From positions 9,484 to 73,483 of the forward strand of contig JAGRES010000011.1 in the NCBI GenBank assembly GCA_020446425.1: a stretch of 64,000 bases of DNA, read 5' to 3'. The DNA comes from Sphingobium sp. (lineage in GTDB: Bacteria > Pseudomonadota > Alphaproteobacteria > Sphingomonadales > Sphingomonadaceae). Position 1 is the first letter of the stretch. Every line of letters begins with the position of its first letter. Under the pieces are notes generated by a model, which was not told where the DNA came from, did no database searches, and saw only the letters and a list, made by a program, of their open reading frames with translations. This document shows, in pieces, positions 17,374 through 24,867 of this stretch. The translations under genes were made by a program, and so were the position numbers.

Positions 17374-18025
17374 ACTTTTCGCGCACCCGTTCTCCTCCTA
17401 TTGCTGGAAGGTGTTGATCGCACTTTATGAGCGCGAGATACCGTTTGAATACCGGCTGCTGGAGCAGGATCATCCGGAGAATTTCGAGCGATTGAAGCGC
17501 TATTGGCCGGTCGGGAAGTTCCCTGTGCTGGTCGATGAGGGACGGCCTGTCATAGAGTCCTCGACGATTATCGAGCATCTCGATGACGAAAAATTCGGGG
17601 CGGCGGCGAAGATGATCCCCGATGGCAAGGAAACCGCGCGTCAGGTGCGCTTCATGGACCGCGTGTTCGACAATCATGTGATGGGAAAGATGCAGGTCGT
17701 GGTCGATCAGCATATATTTAATCGCGAGGCGCTGGACATAACGGCGATGGACAGGGCGAGAGCTGCGCTGGACATAATCTATGACTGGCTGGAGACGCAG
17801 CTGGGCGCAGAAGGCTGGGCCGCTGGTGAAGCGTTCACGATGGCCGATTGCGCGGCTGCGCCGTCGCTCTTTTATGCTGACTGGGTGCACGAGATCGGCG
17901 ATGGCAGGCCGAAATTAAAGGCCTATCGCGCGCGATTACTGGCGCGGCCATCGGTCAGCCGCTGCGTCGAGGATGCCCGGCCTTATCGTGGATATTTTCC
18001 GCCGGGTGCGCCGGACAGAGACTGA
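17366..18025 (+). CDS. glutathione S-transferase family protein
   Basis: MLELFAHPFSSYCWKVLIALYE...GKFPVLVDEGRPVIESSTIIEHL is the GST N-terminal thioredoxin-like fold. Start at 17366 overlaps the previous stop. Confidence 0.85.
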   Translation: MLELFAHPFSSYCWKVLIALYEREIPFEYRLLEQDHPENFERLKRYWPVGKFPVLVDEGRPVIESSTIIEHLDDEKFGAAAKMIPDGKETARQVRFMDRVFDNHVMGKMQVVVDQHIFNREALDITAMDRARAALDIIYDWLETQLGAEGWAAGEAFTMADCAAAPSLFYADWVHEIGDGRPKLKAYRARLLARPSVSRCVEDARPYRGYFPPGAPDRD

Positions 18026-18044
18026 ATTATCGAGGAGTGACAAG

Positions 18045-18506
18045 ATGATGGCGGATACGGATACACGTGAACTTTCGGTAGAGGCATTTATAGATGCGCC
18101 GCCCAAGAAGGTTTGGGACATCATGACCGAGCGGCAAGAGGAATGGTGGTGCCCCACGCCCTGGCGCGCGAAGATTGATCATCAGGATCGCCGGGCAGGT
18201 GGCCGCTGCGACATGACATTTCACGGCCCCGATGGCGAGCAGATGCCGCAAAACGGCATTTATCTGGCCTATGAGCCGGGCAGGCGCTTTGTGATTACGG
18301 ATGCGGTCACTGGAGACTTCGAGCCGCAAGGCCCCTTCATGATTGGCATTTGGGAGATCATGCCCCAAGGTGAGGGCACGCTCTATCGCGCGAGCGCGCG
18401 TCACTGGACCGATGAGGCCAAACAGCAGCATGCGGAGATGGGCTTCGAAGAGGGCTGGGCCGCTTGCGCGCGGCAACTCAAGGAGCTGGTAGAAAGCGGA
18501 AGTTGA
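18045..18506 (+). CDS. SRPBCC (Aha1/START-like) domain protein
   Basis: ELSVEAFIDAPPKKVWDIMTERQEEWW... is a typical SRPBCC N-terminus. GAGGAG SD upstream of ATG 18045. Confidence 0.75.
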   Translation: MMADTDTRELSVEAFIDAPPKKVWDIMTERQEEWWCPTPWRAKIDHQDRRAGGRCDMTFHGPDGEQMPQNGIYLAYEPGRRFVITDAVTGDFEPQGPFMIGIWEIMPQGEGTLYRASARHWTDEAKQQHAEMGFEEGWAACARQLKELVESGS

Positions 18507-18624
18507 GCGGACGGGAAACTTTCATTTTGGAGGCAGTTGCGCTCGACAGCGCTATGGCCTGACGACATGGTGAACGGAACAAAGGCGGTACGCCGCAGGC
18601 GCGGCAATAAGTGGGCAGGTCGGG

Positions 18625-19262
18625 GTGTTAGCAACGGTATCGACGGTGGCCTATCTGGGGCTGGAGGCGCGCGCCGTCGAGGTGCAATGCCAGCTGGTGG
18701 CGGGGCTGCCCAATTTCATCGTCGTGGGTCTTGCCGACAAGGCGGTATCGGAAAGCAAGGAGCGGGTGCGCAATGCGCTTGCCGCTATTGGTCTTGCACT
18801 GCCGCCCAAGCGTATCACCGTCAACCTGTCGCCCGCCGACTTGCCGAAGGAAGGCTCGCATTACGACCTGCCGATCGCGCTCGCGGTGCTTGGCGCAATG
18901 GGCATGATCGACGCCGAAACACTGTCGCATTATGTGGTGGTGGGCGAACTGGGGCTGGATGGCCGTATTGCGCCCAGCCCCGGCGTGCTGCTCGCCGCAT
19001 TGCATGCCAGCGGGCAGGACAAGGGGTTGATCTGCCCTGCGGTGCAAGGAGCGGAAGCGGCCTGGGCGGGTAATGTGGAAGTGGCCGCCGCGCCCAATCT
19101 TACAGGCCTGCTCAACCACCTGAAAGGCAAAGGCGTGCTCCAGCCGCCGCAACCCGGTGAGGTCGAGGCGCCGCTGCAAGGCCCCGACCTGCGGCAGGTA
19201 AAAGGGCAGGAGGTCGCCAAGCGCGCATTGGAAATCGCGGCGGCGGGCGGGCACAATATGCT
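18625..19262 (+). pseudogene. comM: comM/yifB 5' fragment (N-terminal Lon-like domain), truncated by island insertion
   Basis: The translation reads ...VSTVAYLGLEARAVEVQCQL...SHYDLPIALAVLGA...QVKGQEVAKRALEIAAAGGHNML. The frame then leaves native sequence and stops after two foreign codons at 19272. Confidence 0.9.
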
Positions 19263-19283
19263 CACATTATAACCTATTAAATT
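19255..19283. repeat. attL: shared core AATATGCT plus island-side P' arm
   Basis: Core at 19255-19262 is identical to 27435-27442. The arm ATTATAACCTATTAAATT (19266-19283) is the inverted copy (16/18) of 27420-27437. Confidence 0.8.
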
Positions 19284-19294
19284 TGAGTAATGAA

Positions 19295-19390
19295 ATGAAG
19301 ATCGGACTTTGGTTAGAAGCAGTTTTGATCGGTATCGTAACTGTTATCGCTATCGTTCAGGCGGCTATCAGTGTTCTCAATGTTTTGTGA
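19295..19390 (+). CDS. possible 31-aa hydrophobic peptide
   Basis: Own translation MKIGLWLEAVLIGIVTVIAIVQAAISVLNVL. No clear SD, and it could be spurious. Confidence 0.2.
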   Translation: MKIGLWLEAVLIGIVTVIAIVQAAISVLNVL

Positions 19391-19470
19391 GTGCTGGTTA
19401 AGCCCGCATATGCTTCCATATTTTGGAATGCACCGCTTTGAGGTCGGTCCTTAATCTAAGAGATTCTCGG

Positions 19471-19800
19471 TCAAATGCGCTGAGCGACAAGATATAGCGC
19501 CACCAGCACAACGAAAGTTATGGACCCAATAGCTAACGCTCCCTCCACCCAAGCCCACACAATACCGAAAGGGGTTCGTCTCCAAGCTTCTTCCGGTTTC
19601 TTGGTCTTAGTCCGGGTTTCGGACAGGTACTGCCTCACATCATGGAACAAATAGTAAAAGACCGCTGCAATGAACAGGGCGGAAAATCCGATTGATATCG
19701 GCGATTCTTTCGGGACGAGCGTCATGATTGAGAGCGAAATCCCAATAACTATGCACCAAGCTATGTATATGGCGGCCTCGTGGTTTGAGGATTTTTTCAT
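19471..19800 (-). CDS. hypothetical membrane protein (109 aa, about 3 TM)
   Basis: Track ORF. The ATG overlaps the stop of the upstream 51-aa ORF (ATGA). Hydrophobic segments AAIYIAWCIVIGISLSIM, GFSALFIAAVFYYLF and ALAIGSITFVVLVALYLV. Confidence 0.6.
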   Translation of the reverse strand: MKKSSNHEAAIYIAWCIVIGISLSIMTLVPKESPISIGFSALFIAAVFYYLFHDVRQYLSETRTKTKKPEEAWRRTPFGIVWAWVEGALAIGSITFVVLVALYLVAQRI

Positions 19801-19952
19801 CTGCCTCCCTCGTCACAGACAGGTATAGCCATCACCAAATTGGAGGAGCCATAATGGCTTCCCGGCCTCCATAATATTAGAATGGAGTTGACGATCACGG
19901 CACCAATGCAACCGGCAACAAAATTGAACCCTGCAGCGTCATGCTTATTCAT
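19797..19952 (-). CDS. hypothetical small membrane protein (51 aa)
   Basis: Own translation MNKHDAAGFNFVAGCIGAVIVNSILILWRPGSHYGSSNLVMAIPVCDEGGR. Its start overlaps the upstream stop (ATGAATAA) and its stop overlaps the downstream start (ATGA), so it bridges the two flanking ORFs exactly. Confidence 0.45.
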   Translation of the reverse strand: MNKHDAAGFNFVAGCIGAVIVNSILILWRPGSHYGSSNLVMAIPVCDEGGR

Positions 19953-20271
19953 TTAAGGCGCTTTCTCGTGTTCCCTCATCACCATAGGTTGCTGACCGCA
20001 TAGCAATGAGTTCCGAAGTGTCAGCAAGGCGCTCCATATGTTCGGAGATTTTTAGGAGGCTGTCGTGGGCAGAGATCAGGATCGCCGTCCCAAATAGCGC
20101 TGAGACTATTACGCTGAGGAAGATGATGACGATGGTTACGGAATAATCGCCTATGAAGCTGGCGCCCGGTTCGGCGGTAAAAGACCAGAAGAGGAAGATG
20201 GTGCAGACAATTAATATCAGCCCGCACGCAATTATAATTCCGTATTTCACTAAATTAACGATGAAAACCAT
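19945..20271 (-). CDS. hypothetical membrane protein (108 aa, 2 TM plus soluble tail)
   Basis: Track ORF trimmed to the internal ATG 20271 (MVFIVNLVKYGIIIACGLILIVCTIFLF...). The upstream part of the track ORF overlaps the divergent promoter region. Confidence 0.55.
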   Translation of the reverse strand: MVFIVNLVKYGIIIACGLILIVCTIFLFWSFTAEPGASFIGDYSVTIVIIFLSVIVSALFGTAILISAHDSLLKISEHMERLADTSELIAMRSATYGDEGTRESALNE

Positions 20272-20315
20272 ATGACGACCCCCTGAACAGTCAAGCGAAC
20301 TGGCGAATTGAGAGT

Positions 20316-20332
20316 GTCCCCAAAATGGGGAC
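20316..20332. promoter_or_regulatory. 17-bp perfect palindrome, candidate XRE operator
   Basis: GTCCCCAAAATGGGGAC lies in the 111-bp gap between the divergent membrane-protein operon and the XRE gene. Confidence 0.4.
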
Positions 20333-20382
20333 GATTTATGTTGGGTATATGTGCATGTGCTGGAAATCAAGCGGAACCAGCG

Positions 20383-20634
20383 ATGCAAAGAGGTTGGGTC
20401 GTATCGACCGAATATCGTTCGATCATTGAGAAGGTTAAGGCCGTTCGCCTGTCGCTGGATGTCTCTCAAAGGGAGCTTGCTCGCCGACTTGGAAAGCCAC
20501 CATCCTTCGTCAACAAGATCGAATTGCTGGAACGTCGAATGGACATTCTGGAGTTTGTCCAGATTGCTGAAGCGTTAGGTATGAGTGCTGAGCAACTTAT
20601 AGCCGCTGTGGCGACTTCGCTAAAAAAAGAGTGA
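20383..20634 (+). CDS. XRE-family helix-turn-helix transcriptional regulator (83 aa)
   Basis: IIEKVKAVRLSLDVSQRELARRLGKPPSFVNKIELLERRMDILEFVQIAEALG is a Cro/CI-type HTH. Start taken at ATG 20383. Confidence 0.75.
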   Translation: MQRGWVVSTEYRSIIEKVKAVRLSLDVSQRELARRLGKPPSFVNKIELLERRMDILEFVQIAEALGMSAEQLIAAVATSLKKE

Positions 20635-20666
20635 TGTATGAAGGGGGAGGGGGCAAACCATCCGCC

Positions 20667-21011
20667 CTAATCCGGAAGTGATATCGAAGCCCCGTTGAAT
20701 GATCGCTTGGGGGAAGACCTTGTTTTTGATCGATCCTGCCTAGCCTGCTTCGTTCCCTCAGGCAGAGGAAAATCACATGCGTGCAGGAACATCAGATATT
20801 CTACGCCTAGAGATACGGTGCCAGGAATTTCCCTTTTTCCTGCCTCCCAATCACCGATAGTTTGATGTCCCCAAGCCGCCATGCGTAATTTGCTAGCCAT
20901 TTCCTGCCTGCTAAGCCCAAGCGCTTCTCTGCATTCGATAAACTCAGCGGGCTTCATGGGAGTATAATCCGACCGGGTTGCACTCTGCGAATCCTCACTA
21001 TTCATTATCAC
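20667..21011 (-). CDS. helix-turn-helix domain protein (114 aa)
   Basis: MKPAEFIECREALGLSRQEMASKLRMAAWGHQTIGDWEAGKREIP is an XRE-like HTH. Convergent with the 83-aa XRE gene. Confidence 0.65.
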   Translation of the reverse strand: MIMNSEDSQSATRSDYTPMKPAEFIECREALGLSRQEMASKLRMAAWGHQTIGDWEAGKREIPGTVSLGVEYLMFLHACDFPLPEGTKQARQDRSKTRSSPKRSFNGASISLPD

Positions 21012-21203
21012 TCCATCAATTTCACAATGTCAGGTCGCAAATCGCTATTGACCGTCACATGACGAAAGCGGACCAACCACAATTGAAGCCATTATTGTCC
21101 GATCTCAGGCTGTTTAAACCCCGTTACGTCCAAAGCGGAGCTAATTGCCATCCAACAGCGCTAAAAACTGCTTATTTTCAATGCGATCATTCCAAATCGG
21201 TGT

Positions 21204-21737
21204 TTGTTGCAACCAGGGGCGCGTGTGGAAAGCATAGAAAGGCAAAAGCTGCAGCTGTCAGAGCTCCAAATTTCCATCCTAAAGCTCGTCGCCGAATCCC
21301 GCACAAGCAAGCAGATTGCAGCCGAACTCGACATTTCTAATCACACTGTCGATACCTATATATGGTCCGCAATGCAGACTTTAGGGGTAAACAGCCGATC
21401 CGAAGCAGCAAAAATCGTCGTAAATCCGCCAAATATGAATTCGGCCCAATTCATATATGAACCGGAAAGGCTTGATGATCCCGGCCAGGTTATGCCTCAT
21501 ACGACACATCCGGCGCAGCTGGTCGTCTCACAGAATGAAGTTGCTGATCAACGACACAAACGTGATTGGCGGACAATTTTACAGACGTTCAAGTTGCCTC
21601 CGGTTGGAGGGCAAAAGCATGACTTAAGCACACTCAGTCGGTTAGCTATAGTAGGGCGAATAGCATTTATCTCTGCTCTACTATTAGCAGCTCTCGGAGC
21701 GGTCATTTCCGGCGCCCTTCACCTGCTCGGCAGGTAA
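21204..21737 (+). CDS. LuxR/GerE-type HTH protein with C-terminal TM anchor
   Basis: LSELQISILKLVAESRTSKQIAAELDISNHTVDTYIWSAMQTLGVNSRSEAAKIV is a GerE HTH. C-terminal IAFISALLLAALGAVISGAL. The start is uncertain (TTG 21204 or GTG 21225). Confidence 0.65.
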   Translation: MLQPGARVESIERQKLQLSELQISILKLVAESRTSKQIAAELDISNHTVDTYIWSAMQTLGVNSRSEAAKIVVNPPNMNSAQFIYEPERLDDPGQVMPHTTHPAQLVVSQNEVADQRHKRDWRTILQTFKLPPVGGQKHDLSTLSRLAIVGRIAFISALLLAALGAVISGALHLLGR

Positions 21738-21786
21738 TCAACAGACAGGTGAAATGAAGTGCGCATTTTTGCGCAGAGGAGAAGCT

Positions 21787-22143
21787 ATGCACTTATCAGA
21801 AGCGGGTGGCCGGACAGTTGCGGCTGATCTTGAAACAATGTTCCATGGCCTCGATAATTCGTTGCTGGATGCAACACGGTTGTCGATGTCCGTATTGGAA
21901 ACGAAAGCGGGGACAACTTTACCCCCTGCCACATTCCAGAGAGTGTTGGACTCAATGATGTCTGGACTGTCCAAAATGGTCGATGGGCGAAAGTCTATGG
22001 TGGCGATGCACCGTCATCTCGTCACAATCAAGGGCGAGAGCAATTTGGCCGAGGTCGATTATGGATGCTTTTTCTCGACTGGGTCAGCCGCAGATGGTCC
22101 AGGGGACAATAAGGCATCCACGAGTACGTCGGCGATGGCCTGA
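21787..22143 (+). CDS. hypothetical protein (118 aa)
   Basis: Track ORF 21754-22143 trimmed to ATG 21787, which is preceded by AGGAGA. No family recognised. Confidence 0.5.
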   Translation: MHLSEAGGRTVAADLETMFHGLDNSLLDATRLSMSVLETKAGTTLPPATFQRVLDSMMSGLSKMVDGRKSMVAMHRHLVTIKGESNLAEVDYGCFFSTGSAADGPGDNKASTSTSAMA

Positions 22144-22173
22144 AAACTTGTCTTGACTGGTTTTGGGTAAAAC

Positions 22174-22656
22174 ATGACCAGTCAAGACATGCTCGCCCTC
22201 TATCTTACGTTTGGCGCTCTTTGGTTCCTGACTTGCCTCTATGCATGGGCATATGGAGGATGGGAGGGGCGATGGCTCTCAACCATGTTGGTTTTGGCAG
22301 CTGTGATTTCGCCCTTCGCTCAATTCCATCACAGCAAGAACTGGATAGAGCCCCAATATGGGGTTTTTGCTATCGATCTTGCCCTGCTTATCGGCATGAC
22401 GACCGTAGCATACCGAACGGATCGATACTGGCCATTATGGATGCTGGCTTTCCATCTTTTGTCTGTTCTGACGCATGTCGTGGTCATGCTGGATCAGCAG
22501 GTTTTTGCTCGAGCCTATCAGTCTGCTGCAGCGTTCTGGAGCATACCGATTCAATTGATAATGGCACTGGGAGTTATGTTGGATCGCCGAGCGAAAAATA
22601 CGTTTGGAGAAAGTGATGGGAGAGAGTTTTCCCAATCTGAACAATCTATTGATTGA
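22174..22656 (+). CDS. hypothetical polytopic membrane protein (160 aa)
   Basis: Track ORF with four or five hydrophobic segments. 30 nt after the preceding ORF. Confidence 0.55.
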   Translation: MTSQDMLALYLTFGALWFLTCLYAWAYGGWEGRWLSTMLVLAAVISPFAQFHHSKNWIEPQYGVFAIDLALLIGMTTVAYRTDRYWPLWMLAFHLLSVLTHVVVMLDQQVFARAYQSAAAFWSIPIQLIMALGVMLDRRAKNTFGESDGREFSQSEQSID

Positions 22657-23071
22657 TGCTCGCTCGGCCATTGACGTCTTGCTGAGCAATTTATCGGAAC
22701 AGAAGCCCGGCCAACTTCACAACCTTTTGGCCGAACCAAGCGATGTACGAGCAATAGGAAAGCATTATCTCTCGGTTTTGAAATCCCGTGACCGTCTTCT
22801 AGGCCGACAGCTGAGCGACAGCGCATGGGTGATACTCATCGACCTATATGTGCATGAGCAGAATCGGAATATATCTGTTTCGAGTGCCTGTGTTGCATCC
22901 GGAAGGCCGCCAACCACAGCGTTGCGACAAATTCGGGTATTATGCGAGTTTGGTCTGATTGACCGTCAGCATGATCCCCGTGACGGGAGGATTGTCTATC
23001 TAAAGCTTACCGAGACTGCTCGTAAAGCCGTAGAAGAGCACCTTATAGAGCTGACAAGCGCTTCACAATGA
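22616..23071 (+). CDS. MarR-like winged-helix protein
   Basis: ISVSSACVASGRPPTTALRQIRVLCEFGLIDRQHDPRDGRIVYLKLTETARKAVEEHL is a wHTH with the DxR...V.L.LT wing. Overlaps the upstream ORF by 41 nt. Confidence 0.6.
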   Translation: MGESFPNLNNLLIDARSAIDVLLSNLSEQKPGQLHNLLAEPSDVRAIGKHYLSVLKSRDRLLGRQLSDSAWVILIDLYVHEQNRNISVSSACVASGRPPTTALRQIRVLCEFGLIDRQHDPRDGRIVYLKLTETARKAVEEHLIELTSASQ

Positions 23072-23156
23072 ATGATGAAGTAAACATAGCTTGCCTACAC
23101 ACAAAAGCAGAGGCGGTCAGCAAACTATATGTGCAATGATATGCAAGGTACGATGG

Positions 23157-23744
23157 CTATACATCAACCACCTTCCTCATGGCCTCAGTGTCGATTTCGA
23201 TATAGCGCTGGGTCATAGCTAGTGATCTGTGCCGAGCCAGAGCCTGCACATCTCTGAGGCTTCCTCCAAACCGACCGATATTTTTTGCCGCTCGAGTGAT
23301 AAATGTCCGTCGACCGCTATGACTGGAACAGCCAGCCAACCCAAGGCCAGAATACCACTGCCGGAACATATTGATGATCACTTGGCTGGAAGTCTGTTTC
23401 GATCTGGACGTTCGGATGATCCGATTCTCGAACGAAGACGGGTTTGAGCTGATTTGGAGCGCCCTTAAAGCGTTTTGGAGTTCGTTAGCCATTGGGATAA
23501 TACCGCCGCTTGTCCCCTTTGTGGCGCTATCGGCGAGAGCGATGCAATCTCGCAAATTTCCTTCGGCGTCAGTGACCATATCCCATGTGATGGAAGCGAT
23601 CTCCTTCGCTCTGAGTCCTGCTCTTACAGAAAGCAGGAAAATGACGATGTTGCGTTCTGGCCAACGAGAGCATTCCAGATAGCGGATGACGGCCTTGATC
23701 TGAGCGGGTGAAAGAATTTTGGCTTGCTTGCCGAGCATCAACAC
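23157..23744 (-). CDS. minimal tyrosine recombinase (catalytic domain only, 195 aa)
   Basis: Catalytic residues in order: RAGLR, HSGRRTF (HxxR), LARHRS and QRYIE (nucleophile Tyr). No N-terminal SAM-like core-binding domain is visible. Confidence 0.8.
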   Translation of the reverse strand: MLMLGKQAKILSPAQIKAVIRYLECSRWPERNIVIFLLSVRAGLRAKEIASITWDMVTDAEGNLRDCIALADSATKGTSGGIIPMANELQNALRALQISSNPSSFENRIIRTSRSKQTSSQVIINMFRQWYSGLGLAGCSSHSGRRTFITRAAKNIGRFGGSLRDVQALARHRSLAMTQRYIEIDTEAMRKVVDV

Positions 23745-23974
23745 CTTCCATTATAATTACACAAACTATTGTAATATCATAATAAAATTCGCTCAAGGCA
23801 TTAAAGCGGGTTCTGTGAAAACCGAGTGAAACAGCGGGTTTGGCCGGTTTCATGAGAAAAATATAATTTCATAATGACGAGCCGCCAGCAAGCCGGGCAA
23901 GGCAAAGCTAGCTGCTGCAACAACCACCCCTTTTTCTGTCACCCACTCACCAGCAATGGAGGCGTGTGCCAGCG

Positions 23975-23998
23975 ATAAGCCGGAGCTCATCGGCTTAT
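23975..23998. repeat. perfect 8-bp-stem inverted repeat
   Basis: ATAAGCCG-gagctcat-CGGCTTAT, in the gap between the tyrosine recombinase and the Rep-like ORF. Confidence 0.6.
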
Positions 23999-24125
23999 GA
24001 GTCGACAAGCGAAAAATCCGTAATTATCCTTTATTTACAGATGCTTGGTACATCTCGAAAAATGTTGAAGTTATTTCGGGGAATCGCCACTGTTGCCTTA
24101 TTCCACCCACAGGCAAGGAGAACGG

Positions 24126-24665
24126 ATGGCAGCGAAGACAGCGGATTACACCAATTGGATCGATCCAAATCTTAATCCCAACATATATTGCGTCGGCACG
24201 ACCAAGCAGGAGTATATGAGCTGGCGGAACGGCTCCCCCATACGGATGAAGCTCACCGAGGACACTCTTCATGAGCGAGCCGGTCAATTTATCGCTCGCT
24301 TATCCAAAGCCATTTACGGCAAGACGGCCTATCGCCGGTTCAAGCTAACAATACCGAACGCCCTTACATTGGAGGGTAACGGAAACGGCAGATCATGCTT
24401 CTGGCTGAGTCATGAAAAAGACCCCAGGAGCCTGAAAGAGAGGGGGAAGGTGCGTTACCATTTCAACATCCTTCTCAGGAAGCCGGAGTGGATGCCTTTC
24501 GACCAGCTTGAAGAGATCATAAAAAATATCTGGCGGTCCTGTGATTGGACCATGCCGGACATAAATATAGAGGAGCGAACTGGCGATTGCGTCGGTTACT
24601 CTCTCAAGGAAGGACCTGAGACTTTGGTCACCAAAACGCTTAGTTTTGGTCGCTCAATGCAGTGA
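24126..24665 (+). CDS. hypothetical protein with HUH-Rep-like motif order (179 aa)
   Basis: AAGGAG SD 5 nt before ATG 24126. FKLT (aa 72-75), YHFNILL (111-117) and GYSLK (157-161) have the spacing of rolling-circle Rep motifs I/II/III, but the second His is Asn. Confidence 0.5.
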   Translation: MAAKTADYTNWIDPNLNPNIYCVGTTKQEYMSWRNGSPIRMKLTEDTLHERAGQFIARLSKAIYGKTAYRRFKLTIPNALTLEGNGNGRSCFWLSHEKDPRSLKERGKVRYHFNILLRKPEWMPFDQLEEIIKNIWRSCDWTMPDINIEERTGDCVGYSLKEGPETLVTKTLSFGRSMQ

Positions 24666-24716
24666 TAACCGATGGGCGTCATTATATGCCCCAAAATTTC
24701 ACACTGGACCCGACAT

Positions 24717-24767
24717 AATTCTAGCTCAGCTTTGGTTCATATGCGATCCAAGGCTTAGGCTAGAATT
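24717..24767. repeat. long imperfect hairpin downstream of the Rep-like ORF
   Basis: AATTCTAGC-tc-AGCTTTGG ... CCAAGGCT-tag-GCTAGAATT: a 9-bp perfect outer stem plus an 8-bp inner stem (1 mismatch) with a 12-nt loop, ttcatatgcgat. Confidence 0.6.
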
Positions 24768-24867
24768 GTAGCTGGAATATACTTCAGTAATCTGAATTAA
24801 AATGCATTCATACCTACACCATAAGGTGTAATATAAACCGAAATCTAAATGACGAAAGAATCTGAAA

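Noticed and set aside
18537-19265. Alternative-frame and antisense ORFs inside the comM 5' fragment (18537-19073, 18628-19254, 18930-19265).
   Set aside because: These are shadow frames of the clearly ComM-like frame.
23874-23978. A 34-aa Cys-rich ORF (MTSRQQAGQGKASCCNNHPFFCHPLTSNGGVCQR) between the tyrosine recombinase and the Rep-like gene, ending inside the 23975-23998 hairpin.
   Set aside because: It has no Shine-Dalgarno sequence, is very short, and has no supporting context. It is kept only as something a peptide or ribosome-profiling dataset could revive.
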